Origin: Malacoraja senta
Taxonomy: Eukaryota
DNA: 64,000 nt
Assembly: GCA_038087875.1 (NCBI GenBank)
Contig: CM075989.1
Coordinates: forward strand, 14,634,001 to 14,698,000
Reading direction: 5' to 3'
Made by a program: the position numbers and the translations under genes. Of this stretch, positions 26,148 through 39,867 are shown one piece after another. The notes under the pieces were generated by a model, which saw nothing but the letters and a program-made list of their open reading frames with translations, was not told the origin of the DNA and did no database searches. The stretch's first letter is position 1, and every line of letters begins with the position of its first letter.

Positions 26148-26553
26148 CCCTATTCTCCTCCATTGTCAGAGTGAGGCTAAATGCAAATTGGAGGAACAGC
26201 ATCTCATAGTTCGCTTGGACAGCTTACAGCCCAGCGGTATGAATATTGATTCTCTAACTTCAAGTAACTATGGCATTCCCTCTCTCTCTCTATCCCTCCC
26301 CCACCCCTCACACCAGCTTCTCGTTTTCACCCAACAAATAGCTAACAATGGCATTTCCTTTATCATCGTCAATTTTTTGCACATCATTCATTCATTGTTC
26401 TATATCTCTCTACAGAATTGTTTGTATCTCTAGTTTCCCTTTCCCATGACTTTCAGTCTGAAGAAGAGTCTCGACCAGAAACGTCATGCATTCCTTCTCT
26501 CCAGAGACGCTGTCGGCTCGGTTTAAACCAGCATCTGCAGTTCCTTCCTACAC
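26148..26553 (+). mobile_element. 5'-truncated Penelope-like element (GIY-YIG C-terminus, then pLTR with hammerhead motif)
   Basis: LHCQSEAKCKLEEQHLIVRLDSLQPSGMNID resembles the Penelope GIY-YIG tail. Hammerhead-like core at 26458-26485. 9-bp TSD ATTAAATAT at 26139-26147 and 26554-26562. Confidence 0.82.
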
Positions 26554-27617
26554 ATTAAATATTGGTCACAGTGTTTAATCTAAATTGTTCCTAATTAATG
26601 TTGGTCTGATTTTCTGAAGGCATTGGAATGAATGTCTATTCCCTCAGGATCAGCATTTCTGCAACATCATTTAGTATCTTTGATTTAATGATGATTATAT
26701 GATTCAGTTATTATTGGCATCTTTGAATAGACTTTGGCACTTTTCCTGCATAGAGAACAGATCAAACACACTGTAGATTAATTTATCTATTTGTAGCAAG
26801 TACATTTAACCTGTTGTTGATATAGGCTTATCAGTCCAGCCCAGTGTAACTGCTCTTATTGTCAACTAGTGTGCAACCTGCTTTTGCCTTATGTTATCAG
26901 AGGAGAACTTCTGGTAAAGCAATTTTACCTGGACAATGCGGGTCACAGTTTCATACAGCATGGAAACAGCCCAACTTGCCCATGCCGACTAAGGTGCCCT
27001 TTGACACTAATCCCACCTGCTTGCTTTTGGCATATATCCTAAACCTTTCATGTGTCCATGCATCTGTCCAAATATATTTTAAATGTTGTTATCGTTTCAT
27101 CCTCCGGCAGCCCATTCCATATACCCACCTCCCTCTGTGAAAAACTTCCCCCTCACATTCTCAATACATTTTTCCCTCTCTCTTTGAACCTACACCCTCT
27201 GGTTCTTGATTCCCCTACTCTGGGTAAAATACTTTGTATCATCCTATCTATTCCACTCATGACCTTATACACCTCCGTAAGATTACCTCTCATCCTCCTG
27301 CGCTCCAGGGAATACAGTCCAAGCCTTACCCAACCTCTCCCTCTAGCTCAGGCCCTCAAGTCCTGGCAACATCTTTGAAAATCTTCTCTGCACTGTTCCC
27401 AGCTTAATTAGGTTGACATTTGATTCTCATCATCTTTGCAATGAACCTAGAATAAAGGATTCTTTGGGCCAGCAATCTATCAAGCGATCAATGGTACATG
27501 GAGAGTTTGGGTAATGCTCAAGGGGATAAACAGAACTGAAAATGTATTTGTGCTTAGTATTGCTGTGACGTTGCCAGGAATGCACAATATTTCCCCGCTG
27601 AGGTCGTGTTAAAGATG

Positions 27618-27990
27618 TTTCTTCTTCTGTCGTGTGTCCTTTAGACCTGCAGCTCCGTTGAGGCGAGCCAGGCCAACGTGTCATCGTCCAGGTCAATCAG
27701 ACCTCGTTCACCATTCGATGGTTCACCATTTGGGGCAACTGGTGACTATGTGCTCCACTGTCTGTGTTGGGTCCCCACACTCGCAGGAGGCGCTGGCTGT
27801 CCACGAGGCCCCACCTCTTCATCGCTACTCCATAGTGTGCGACGCCTGTCCTCAAGCGGTTGAGGGTTGTCCACTGCTTTCAGGGCAGGTCCTGGCCAGG
27901 GACGTCCATGGGGTCATTGATGTAATGGTGTAGCCTAGATGGTTCCACTGACTTCCACTGGTCTCTCCATCTCGTCTTGACCCAGGCGGG
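27618..27990 (-). mobile_element. Vingi/Ingi-like LINE 3' end
   Basis: Minus strand PGQDLP*KQWTTLNRLRTG...MKRWGL, then after a frameshift SCECGDPTQTVEHIVTSCP (CCHC knuckle). (GAA)n tail at about 27618-27628. Confidence 0.65.
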
Positions 27991-28257
27991 GAATCTCTGT
28001 TTAATTATTATCTTACACTGGATTTGTTTGGAAATTCTTCAAGCTCCATTTTCAATCTTCAGTTGGCACATTGATGAGCTGCTGAAGTTCCCTGCCTAAA
28101 CCTCACTCTTTCTACCCATTACTTTCTTTAAGACATGACATAAAAGCTTTCACTTTAACCAACACTTGATCATCTCCCCTTAGTGCTCAATAACTCTACT
28201 GTGTAACAGCTTAAGGTGTTTTATAAAATTAAAGACACACACCAGATGTAAGATGTC

Positions 28258-28495
28258 GTTTAGTTTAGAGATACAGTGCGGAAACAGGCCCTTCGGCCCT
28301 CTGAGTCCGCACCAAGCCAAAACTGTACGTCTTTGGAGTGTGGGAGGAAACCAAAGATCGCGGAGAAAACCCACATGGTCACATGGAGAACGTACAAACT
28401 CCATATAGACAGCACCCGTAGTCAGGATCGACCCCGGGTCTCTGGCGCTGCAAGGCAGCAGCTCTACTGCTGTGCTACTGTGCCACTGTGCCGCC
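28258..28495 (-). mobile_element. HE1-like SINE (internally deleted)
   Basis: Reverse copy with head and tail present. Confidence 0.82.
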
Positions 28496-29471
28496 CTCTT
28501 GCTTCTTCCTCTAACAATCTTCCTTTTAACCTACTCCTGCACAAAGAGTAAACATCAGAGATTGAAGGATGTTTACGTAGAACAGCTACTTCAGCTGCTG
28601 CACCATAGTGCTGGAAACAAACCCTCGCCAATGGGTGTTTTATTTTAACGGCCAGCTCGTGTTTAAATAAACTGAGAAGACGAAAGCGTGATTTATGGAC
28701 AGCACTCGATCTGGTTGCTTGGTGGGGAAACTCTGACAACCGCATGAATTATTCATGCCTTGGCCTGCAGCAAACCGACGCAAGTCGACAAAGGCCAACC
28801 AGGCACCGGTTGCTGATCTTCAGGTGGGAACATCAAACGTGCTGCCGGAGTCTGCAAACAGGCCCATTATAACGGCAAAGCAGAATCACTCCCAAAATTA
28901 AATTAAACGTGCCACAGCTTCTGGACATTAAATACTGAATTTGTAGCCAACTTTAGGGAGACTCAGAACTGAAATAATGAGATGTCATAAAAAGTTGCCA
29001 TTTCAATCCATTACATTGAGATGTATAATTAATCAGACTCAGATGGAGGAGAGTGTAAAGATTCTGAAAAATCAAAAAAGACTGCGGGTGCTAGAAATCT
29101 GAAGTCTAAAAACAGAGAATGCTGGAAACATCCTGGGTTAACACTGGGTTAATTCAGTCCCTCTCTTTCTCTCCACAGATTCTGCTTCAGCTGCCGAAAA
29201 ATTCCAAAACTTTCTATTTCGATTTCAGAAAAGGTACTTGATCTGATATAACATGAGCAGAGGTTTAATGTCAGTGAAAGCCAAGAAAAAATAACCAGCA
29301 ATTATGAAGCCAAGTTGAAGTTGCTTCCCTGTTTCTTCCTCTTCCACTACGCTCAACCACCTCTCACTCCCTCCAGCAACTTCCCAACCCACCCCCACTC
29401 ATACCCAGTGGCAGGTTTGACAACATTACCCCTATGGTCAAATGGTAAATACTAAAGGTGAGATTTGAGAT

Positions 29472-29782
29472 TTAGTTTTAGTGTAGTTTAGAGGCACAGC
29501 AGGTAAACAGGCCCTTCGGCCCACCGAGTCAGTGCTGACCATGATCCCCACACACTAACACTATCCTACACACACTAGGGACAATTTACAATTATACCAA
29601 GCCAATTAGCCTACAAACCTGTACGTCTTTGAACTGTGGGAGGAATCCAGAGCTCCTGGAGAAAACCCACACGGGTCAAGGGGAGAACGTTCAAACACCG
29701 TACAGACAGCACCCATAGTGAGGATCGAACCCGGGTCTCTGGGGCTGTGAGGCAGCAACTCTACCCCTGTGCCACCATGCCG
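29472..29782 (-). mobile_element. HE1-like SINE
   Basis: Full-length reverse copy. Confidence 0.87.
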
Positions 29783-30308
29783 CGATGTTGGAAGGCAAAA
29801 TGAAAACGGGGAAGCGCTGGGCTGGAGCTCAGTGAGTGCATGTTACAGCTTGGGCCAATGCTGGAGGACTGAGGATGTGGGGATATGGGATTCGGGCAAC
29901 ATGCATTGGTCCAGGTTTGTAGAAATCTTTGCTTAGACGGCGGCAAAACCAGGCGTTGCCTTGCATGCTGGTCCCAGATAGGGTTCAGCTATCAAACATT
30001 ACAATTGCAACACTTTTTTTAAATCGTTATTAATCCGTACACTCTGGCGGATTGATTGTAATCATGTCTGGTCTTTTTGTTGACAGGATAGCACACAATA
30101 AACAAATCTTTTCACTGTACCCCAACATGTGACAATAATAAACTAAACTGAAAGGTACATACAGACCAACACCACCGATACTGGCGATCAACATGTCTGA
30201 AAACTACCATTAAGTCCAGAGCTGAGATGATTTACTGGGGAAATTAATCAAATACAAAACACCCAAATGTAGACAATTATTACAGGTTGAATTAAAGAAA
30301 GCAAAGAA

Positions 30309-30672
30309 GATTGTTAAGGGCTTGGACACACTAGAGGCAGGAAACATGTTCCCCATGTTGGGGGAGTCCAGAACCAGGGGCCACAGTTTAAGAATAAGGA
30401 GTAAGCCATTTAGAACGGAGACGAGGAAACACTTTTTCTCACAGAGAGTGGTGAGTCTGGGGAATTCTCTGCCTCAGAGGGCGGTGGAGGCAGGTTCTCT
30501 GGATGCTTTCAAGAGAGAGCTAGAAAGGGCTCTTATAAATAGCGGAGTCAGGGGATATGGGGAGAAGGCAGGAACGGGGTACTGATTGGGGATGATCAGC
30601 CATGATCACATTGAATGGCGGTGCTGGCTCGAAGGGCCAAATGGCCTACTCCTGCACCTATTGTCTATTGTC
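30309..30672 (+). mobile_element. CR1 LINE 3' fragment (young)
   Basis: LDTLEAGNMFPMLGESRTRGHSLRI...FFSQRVV. (CTATTGT)n tail. Near-identical to about 62920-63280. Confidence 0.9.
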
Positions 30673-31914
30673 AAACTCCAACATCTATGCTGGCAAGAAC
30701 AATTCACCCTCACTTGTCCTTTGAGCCCATGCTGCATTGAAAACCATTATAGATTATAGAACCATTATAGAACCATTATAGATTCTCGATTGATATAGCA
30801 GTGCAAAATACAGCTAGTAACAATAAATCAGTTTAACAAATAAGCAGTTTAAAAATTAAGCATTGGTAACCAAAATGATTAGATTTGTCAAATGTACAAA
30901 TCTGCCTATGCAGTATATCTCGCTGTAGGTTGTGCTTTCCATCACATAATTAACATTAACTGTTAATTAACATTTAAATTAAATTATGGGCAGATAAACT
31001 TTACAAGTGCACATATTGTTCAGGGTTTTTCCAATGGCAGTGAAATTGGAAATATTATGTGCTGGCCAATTTCATTTTTAAACATTCATTACACCCACAG
31101 CTGTTCAAATGTGTCCTGTGACTAAGCATTCAATTCAGAAGTAGCAATTTTCCCTGATATAAATGATACCACAGTGAGCTGCCAAACAACAAAAAATTAA
31201 TAGAACAATATTGTGTTGAAAACATTACTCAACACGACAGCTACAGCCACAGTAAATACGGTACATCTGCATGATCCGCTTATCGACATAAGAATCAAGC
31301 TAAACATATGGGAAGGGGAGCTAAATATCCTCTGGCAAGTGCTCAATGTAAATTTGTGACCATTGGCCACTGACTAATATAACAGCTGATAACTGGAGCA
31401 CAATCTATTCCCTTCATATAAACTTCCTGCCATTTGTTTTCACGCAAAAGTCCCAAATCTTTCACACACTACACCAACTAGGTCTTCCATCCCTTCCCAC
31501 AACTGGTTCACTCTGCCCATCATCCCTGCCTCATCTGGTTCCACGTCACCTTCCTTCCATATCAGATCCACAGCCTCTTGTTTCCACATCACCTTCCAGC
31601 TTGTCGCTGCATCTAACATCCCCCTCCCCCCATCCACCCCCTTTTTAACTCTTCACTGATCTGCCTCTACTTAACCCGCATCAATTATGGCCTCCCAACT
31701 CCTGCCCCTCCCCAGCTCCATCTGCCTACCACCTCTCTTCTCACCTGGTTCCACCTATCATTTATCAGCCACTACCTCATCCCTCCCTCTCACCTCTCTA
31801 TACTATTGATCACCCTTGTGCTTTCACAGTTTTGTTACAGGGTCTTAACCCAAAGCATCGACTATCCTTTTGCCTCCACAGATGATGTTTGATGTGCTGA
31901 GTACCAGCAGGTTT

Positions 31915-32218
31915 TTTTAGTTTAGAGATACAGTGCGGAAACAAAGCCTTCGGCGCACCGAGTCCGCACCAACCAACGATCCCCCCACACTAACACTATC
32001 CTACACACACTAGGGACAATTTATACCTACACCAAGCCAAATAACCTACAAACCTGTACGTTTTTGGAGTGTGGGAGGAAACCAAAGATCTCTGAGAAGA
32101 CCCATGCGGTCACGGGGAGAAGGTACAAACTGCGTACAGACTGCGCCAGTGGTCGGGATGGAACCCGGGTCTCCGGCGCTGCGAGGCCGTAACTCTACCG
32201 CTGCGCCACCATGTCGCC
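31915..32218 (-). mobile_element. HE1-like SINE
   Basis: Full-length reverse copy with A-box-like TGGCGCAGCGG. Confidence 0.87.
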
Positions 32219-34783
32219 ATTTTGTTTTATCTTTGTTATCTTTCCGCAGAGCATTAGTAAAAACAATAAAGGTCTATGGTCCCGACTTCAATCTCTGTGG
32301 AGACCACTGGTGACTGGTCTAAATCTAACTACAACTTTAGTGCCATCCTCACCAGCCAGTTCGAAGTCCATGGCATATGCTGTAGTTAAGACAAGAGGCT
32401 TCAATCTTACCTAAGCTCTTTGGGTGTTTTTATTTACTAACTTTATGCCATAAGCAAAAAATACAATTTATAAAGTAGGATAGAGCCTTTGTTTTAGGAA
32501 GTCGTGCTGGCTGGGTAAAGTATCTCACTCTGCTCATGATGATTCCCAAGAAGTCAAGGGTGTTCAATTGTCAAATGTGCCGGCAACAGAACAATTAAAT
32601 TCTTCTTGCAGCTTCACAGGCCCGTAAACAGATAAAATATAGCAATTTTACAAATTAATGAATTAATAACCATAATATTAGGTAGCCATAATGGTGAAAA
32701 AAATATGAGGTCCATAATGGAACCAAAGAAGCAGCCTATAGAAGTTCATAGTTGCTGAGGTTAGTATTGTGTTGTGTTCAAGAGTCTGATGGTTGCTGGT
32801 TCCGAAACCTTCTTCCCAATGGTAGGAGCGAAATGAGAGCGTGGCCAGTGGTGTGATGATATTGGCTACCTTTTGAGGGCAACGCTTCTTCTAAATCCAT
32901 TCGATGGTGGGAAGCTCAGTACATCCCCTGCGATGCACTGGGCAGAGTCCACCACTCACTATAATCTCCTTCGTCTCTCAGGCATCCTTGGTGTTACCAA
33001 ACTAATGGGCCTCTCATTACCCATGTTCATCTTGTCACTTTTAAAGATGAAAACTCCATCAATTATGAAGTGACCACTGAGTGAGCTCTTAAGCAGACTA
33101 ATGTCAGGCTTGCACAACTCCTGGCCCTTCGCTTGGATTAGAGGGCCATAGATTCCATGGAGCCGGTTATATCAAGGCTCAGCTTCCTTATAATTTTCAA
33201 ATTCCTTCTTCCAAAGCAGGATATTCATCTAATTTATCCTTCGTTGGTTTCAAATGAAACAATTCATTTAAAAAACTCAATCACCTGCAAAAGTGAAATC
33301 CTTGAACATCCCCAATGGCCCTAGTCAATTTTTAAAAAACAATCCCACACAGAACACAATTTCCCTGACTAAACTACCTACTTTGTTAACATTTTTCTTT
33401 ATAGACAATAGACAATCGGTGCAGGAGTAGGCCATTCGGCCCCTTGAGCCAGCGCCCCCATTCAATGTGATCATGCCTGATCATCCACAATCAGTACCCC
33501 GCTCCTGCCTTCTCCCTAGCTTTAAGAGCTCCGTCTAACTCTCTCTTGAAAGTATCCAGAGAACCAGCCTCCACCGCCCTCTGAGGCAGAGAATATAGTA
33601 ATATATATAGTAATACAGAGAATATAGTAATATTCTTATCAAAGGTGAAGCATTTTCATTCCATGGAAAACACCAGATCAAAATGTGCTACCATTTATTC
33701 CAGATAACATTTTGCTTGTGGAATTAGTTAACTTGCAGCCAAATGTGACACAGCTTTAATTAAAAATACGTTAAAATTACTATAAAGCGACTACTCAGTT
33801 TTTAAAATCACTTAATTCAAGCAGTGCAGAATTCTGTGGCTGGCAATTGGAAAGCAAAGCAACAAGTAATTATAGCAATTTGGATGAGTAAACCAGTGAG
33901 AGCACTTCATGAGATGAAGACACCCTCCGTTGCTTCTTCAGCCCATTAACAGTCAATCAGACCACTGAATTGCATTGTAAAATGTTCCAAACTCATTAAT
34001 CTTGCTGTAGAAAACAATACAAAGCAAACCAGGTAACTGAAGCTCAGTAATTTCAAGATATGTGCCCACCATGTTCCATGAGCCAAGTTATAAAGGCTAC
34101 ATAACTATCCTTCTCTTATTAAATCTGTAACAACCTTGACAGAATAACAAGAACAGACATTCTACAAACACCCACAATAAAAGGCAACAAACAAGGCAGT
34201 GTACCATGCAAAATCAATTGTCTTCAATTCAGTCTCACAAGGTGGACAATTATGTCAAGCCCAGCCTTTCTTGCCAACTCCCAAGTTCCCTTCAACAGCT
34301 GGAAATACGATGTACTTCTTGAAACAATGTGGTGCAGGGAGTTGTAGATATACGGGTGTCAGGGGTTATGGGAGAAGGCAGAAGAATGGCTTTAGGAGGG
34401 AGAGATAGCTCAGCCATGATTGAATGGTGGAGTAGACTTGATGGGCCGAATGGCCTAATTCTGCTCCTGTCACTTATGAACAAGGAATTGGAGATTTTGG
34501 TTTACAGAAAAGGACGCAACGTGCTGGAGTAACTGAGCGGGTCAGGCAGTATTTTGACCCAAAATGTTGCCTCTCCATGTTCTCTGGTGATACTGTCTGT
34601 CCCGTTGAGTTACTCCAGCACCATGTGTCTTTATTTGTCACCATTATAGTTCTGCAGCTCTTCCCTCACATCAAATAGCAATGCACTTGGTTACCAATTG
34701 TAGCCGCAGGCTTTTAACGTTCATATTCTTCAACGAACATCATTTTAATTCTTGTCCAACTGTATAACATCTTTGCTCATACG

Positions 34784-34987
34784 CAACAGCATTATAGGCC
34801 CCCAGCAAAGCAGTGCACAGGGGCCCCTACACTTCCAGTTTCTTTAGGCCGAATCAAATATGCCGTCATGCACTTGCAATGTTCTTCTCCGTTTTCATGT
34901 TCTACAATACATAGATTAGCATGGGGCCCCTGTGCTCGTGGGGCCCCGGGCAACTGCCCAGCATGCCCATGCGTTAAGACGGCCCTG
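34784..34987. mobile_element. hAT MITE with damaged left TIR
   Basis: Right end ...GTTAAGACGGCCCTG (CAGGGCCG-type TIR). 8-bp TSD CTCATACG at 34776-34783 and 34988-34995. Confidence 0.8.
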
Positions 34988-35585
34988 CTCATACGCCAAA
35001 CCAGTCAAGGGACATGAGACCAGACTGCCTAGTATTAAATAATATTTAAGTTCACATCTGCTTTTCACTTTAAAAGCATTTGTTCCTTCTAATCATGCAT
35101 TGCGTCTTGAAGGTCACTTAAACAATAAACATTAATTCTGATGTATTTGGGGGGGATTGCCAGCAGATGAGCAGACTAGCAGTCCCATAAATCCACTGTG
35201 TTAATTCCAGTTAATAATGCTCTATGATGCATTTCTCAAGCAAAGAATTTAAAAAAAAATTCACAAGATCTTTTTCAACCCTCACTTGAGGTGCGGCTCT
35301 TAATGGTTTGTGAATTCTTGCTTACTCCCATATTTTAATTTAGTTTAGTTGCGTGCTATCCAGTCAGCGGAAAGACAATACATGATTACAATTGACCCAT
35401 TTACAGTTCTCTGCTTTTCCATTGCGGTCCAGGAGTAAATTCCTTTGGGGACGTTTGCAAAATGATTGAGAAACTGCCCTCAACGTCCAAGGAAAAATAA
35501 AAAAAACTGCAGATGCTGAATTTCTAAACAAAACCATGAAATGCTGGAAACACTCAGCAGGCCAGACAGCATCTGTGGTAAGAAA

Positions 35586-35624
35586 CAGTCAACGTTTCAG
35601 GTCAGCGATCACTCACCAGAACTG
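35586..35624 (-). ncRNA. Hammerhead ribozyme-like motif, older subfamily, with 5-bp helix I
   Basis: Minus strand CAGUU-CUGGUGA-GUGAUCGCUGACCU-GAAACGUU-GACUG. Helix I is CAGUU/GACUG. The core carries an A6>G change and stem II is degenerate. Confidence 0.45.
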
Positions 35625-35792
35625 AAAAGGAGGCAAAAGAAGCTTGTAAAGCTGCAGAGAGGTGGTGTGAGGGGAATATCTCTAATGAAGTAAACTGAGA
35701 GATGCTATAAATGGGTTATCTGGCCAATGAGTGAATGGTGGTGGAATCTCTTTGGTGGTGGAAACTCCAGAGACCACCTTGTTGAATGCAGA

Positions 35793-36330
35793 AGGTACAC
35801 AAAAATGCTGGAGAAACTCAGCGGGTGCAGCAGCATCTATGGAGCGAAGGAAATAGGTAACGTTTCAGGCCGAAACCCTTCTTCAGACTGATAGGGGGTG
35901 GGGAGAAGAAAGGAAAAAAGGAAAAAGGCGGAGGAGGAGCCCGAGGGCTGGGGAGGGGAGGAGACAACCGGATGGCTGATGAAGGGGAGGGGACAGCAAG
36001 GGCTAGCAGAATTGGGAGAATTCAATGTTCAAGCCCCCAGGATGTAGACTACCCAAGTTGAATGCAGAGGTTGGTGAGGTGGAAAGTGAGGATCAGGTGA
36101 ACTCCATTCTTGATCTGTCTTGGAGGAGGGAAGTGAGAGCAGAGACACGGGAGACGGACGAGGTGCGGTCTGGGACTTTGTTAGCAACGGTAGAGGGGAA
36201 GGGGTGGTTCAGGAAGAAGGAAGGAAGGCATTTTAGAGGCATCATGTGGAAAGTCTCATTCATGGACAAATACAAAGAAACAACAAAACTGGGAAAAAGG
36301 GAGGCAGGGTGGGATGAAGAGTAGTCAAGA
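35793..36330 (-). mobile_element. Penelope-like element fragment
   Basis: Minus strand contains LGSLHPGGLNIEF (GIY-YIG tail), then a pyrimidine-rich pLTR and a hammerhead core at 35859-35886. Confidence 0.72.
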
Positions 36331-39300
36331 TGGGGGGGGGGGGGGGGGGGGGGAGAGGATCGGTTAGCTTGTAATCTTAGTAGAAAGCTATCTCCCAACG
36401 AGGATCCAGAAAAAAGAGTCAGATATTGACAATGTATCTTCTTAATATTGAGAACTAGCAGCAAATCACACTTAATTCTACATGACTTCATATCCTCAAA
36501 TACAGTCTCCCCCGGTATATTGCCCATATTTGTAAAAGCCCATCTACTTAAACCTGATGTATTTTCTTCCACCTTGAGTCATCTCATGTTATTTTTCTTT
36601 CTGAAATGTGTTCACTGCTAATTAATTCCTTCCATTGTGATTCCAAATTGTTTTCAACTGCAGATGTTAAACTAATTGCTTGTAATTACCCAAATGAGCT
36701 CAGTCACCTTTTTTGGAAATGCATATTCTGTTGATCAAATCTCTTGTGTTGATCCCCTCTTGGTATAAATGTTGTTTCTGGGCCTCCATTATTTCATTTC
36801 ACAGAGGCTCCTTCGGCATAACCATTAAATCCCAGCAACGCTTTTCTCTAGCTTAACTATATTGTTGAAACTATGCTCTTACTTATATCTCTCACCATAT
36901 TATCAAGCAAAATTTATTTAGACCTCAAGATTATTTTTTATAATCAATAAACAGCATAGAAACATAGAAAATAGGTGCAGGGGTAGGCCATTTGGCCTTT
37001 CGAGCCAGCACCGCCATTCAACATGATCATGGCAGATCGTCCAAAATCACTACCCCGTTCCGGCTTTTTCCCCATATCCCTTGATTCCTTTAGCCCTAAG
37101 AGCTAAATCTAACTCTCTCTTGAAAACGTGGTGTATAATACTTCTAATGTAATAAATAAAATGTCATTAGACCACTCAAGAGCAAGATTATACTGTAAAC
37201 ATATTCATCAACTTCCACACTCTAACTCATTATACTTTCCTGTCAGGCTTTCCACTCACATTTCAATTATTCCAGTTTTGTTATTTATCCATAGAATACA
37301 CCTCTTTGCAATTTTTTTTAATTGAACTTCACATTCAATTGGTTTGCTTATTCCTTCACTCTCAATGCCCCTTAAGTAGCAAGCTCCCCTGCTGAGAAAA
37401 ACCATCAAATTAATGCACAGAATTGTTACAAATTACCGACCTCTCGTTCTCTGTTGAGTATTCCTTCTTCAGCAATATTGTGGAATTATATGAACATAAC
37501 TCTGCATTTATCTACAGTTTGTAAGAGGAATAACATCAGAAAACAAATTCTCATCATCTCCAATCAAATTTCAGATCAATCCACCATCTCTTGTATTATA
37601 CATTAGCAAAGCACCCTTCTGATAAAATTCTCATATGATTACCAACTGTATTTCCGCTTGTTTAATATTTAATTCCTTTACAATGTTCCTCATTATCACC
37701 ATTGAAACATGGTGTTGGGCCAGTTTATGACCTGCTCTCAGTCTTATGGCTGTCACTAATTGCAGAATTGCACGCCATAGTTCTGTCAAATTAAAAATAT
37801 GATGACTAATGCTTATTTCATTTACTCAAAAATTCAATAACAGGAAATTATTTTTCTTTAAAAAGTAATGACAGCAAAATTATCACTCCCGGAGACATTA
37901 TATGTGGACAAAAGAATAGAACACACGGAAATCTTAACAATCAGTATTTCACAAATTGCACATCAATGTTAAATATGAAAGCGAATGTTATCCATTCAAA
38001 GATTGAATGCATTATTTCAATGTAAGGTTGAGTGCTAGCAAACACTGATCCTATCCACACTTATAACCAGGATCTAAACCTTTTCAGGAAATTCACTGCA
38101 ATAAAAAATGCTTATTCTGAGTGGACTGCTTAAAATAAGCCCATACAGTTGAAGGTTGGTGCACATCATCAGTTAAAGAGATGGCAGAGATTCAAGTTCC
38201 TGGGAGCAATTTGGCAAGGAGCCATTAGACCTATCACTATCCACCAGAAGAGAATGGAGGGACTGGCCTTTGAGCATTGAAAGCAAATGTCTGATGTTGA
38301 GGTTAAAATTAAGATTCATAAAACTTTAGAACTGGGCTAACCAGATTTAAACCAGGGAATGATAACTGAAAAACACAAGGAAATGCTGATGCTGGAGTAA
38401 CTCAGCAGATCAGGCAGCATCTCTGGAGTACATAGATAGTGACGTTTCGGGTCAGTACCCTTCTTCATACTGATAGTATCCAGAATATTTCCAAGGAGAA
38501 AATGACAAATAAGTGGACTAGGTTTTTAAATGAGGTAATGGAGGGGGAATTTCTTGGATCAGAGCAGTTAGAGGCAAAAAAAAGTGCGATATGAGGTGAA
38601 GGGGAAAAGATCTCAGGGGCAACTTTTTCACACGAAGGGTCGTGGGTGGATGGAACCAGCTGCCAGTGGAGGTAGTTGAGGCAGGGACTATTACAATGTT
38701 TAAGAAATCATTAGACAGGTACATGGATAGGACAGGTTTGGAGGGATATAGGCCAAACACAGGCAGGTGGGACTAGTGTAGATGGGACATGTTGGTCGGT
38801 GTGGGCAAGTTGGGATGAAGGGCCTGTTTCCACGCTGTATGACTCCATGAGAATCCAGCTAATGCAAGTTGGAGGGAAACTAATTAAGTTAGAGGGTATT
38901 AGCTAAAAGGAGAGGTTGGGCAAACTTGTTTCGTCTGGCATGTTGGAGTCTGAGGGGAAGACGTATAAAAGTATATCAAATTATGAGAGGCATAGACATT
39001 CAAATCTCTTCCCATGGTGGAATTGTCATAGACTATAGTAGCTTTAAAATGAGAGATGTGCGGGGCAGATTTTTTCCTATGTTCTACTGTTCAACGTTCT
39101 AAACAAACTTGCTCATCTGCACAATTTGATATGTAATACTTTACTGATGTCATTAAATATTTAATGGTGCAGATGAGGTCAAAGTTTGGATCAAAGCTGA
39201 AGAAGTTAGCTCCAGGAAACAAAAAATTTGTGAACTTTCCATAATTGGCTTGTAATGAGATTAAGGAAGTTTTGTTTCCTTAAACAAAAATGACTTCCTC

Positions 39301-39867
39301 CAGGCTACAGTACTCAAGGGAAATAATTGCTTACAATTTTTAATTGCAATACAATTTTTAGTGCCAGGTTTTCAAATGAGGAAATGTAAAATATTTCCAA
39401 ATGAATCTCTTATAAAGTCAATGATATTCTACCTCGTGGTTGAACATCATAGTTTACTTGATCTTACAAAAGGATCTTGATCTGTTGGACAAGTGGGCTG
39501 ATTAATGGTTAATGAAGTTAATGCTGATATGTGCAAGATGATTTTGGGAAGTCAAACCAGGGCAGGACCTTCACTGTGAATGGCAGGCCCTGGGGAGTGC
39601 TGTAGAACAGAGGGATCTAGGAGTGCAGGTCCAAAGTTCCTTGAAAGTGGTGTCACAGTTGGATCGGATGATCTAGGAGGCTTTCAGCATATTGGCCTTA
39701 GAGAGATATTGGCCAAACACGGGCAGGTGCGACAAGTGTAGATGGGGCATCTTGGTGGGCATGGTTCAAAGGGCCTGTTTCCGTGCTGATTGACCCCTAA
39801 GACTTAAATGGCCCTTCCTTCTTCTTGGTGCTCCAAGACACCTCGTCATCATCAGATGTGCTTATAT

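Noticed and set aside
28548..28576. miR-30-like GTAAACATC/GATGTTTAC hairpin
   Set aside because: The stem is only 9 bp and the rest does not match miR-30. Too short for a pre-miRNA.
36332..36353. Poly-G run of about 22 nt
   Set aside because: A simple homopolymer at a repeat edge. Its length is unreliable and there is no functional evidence.
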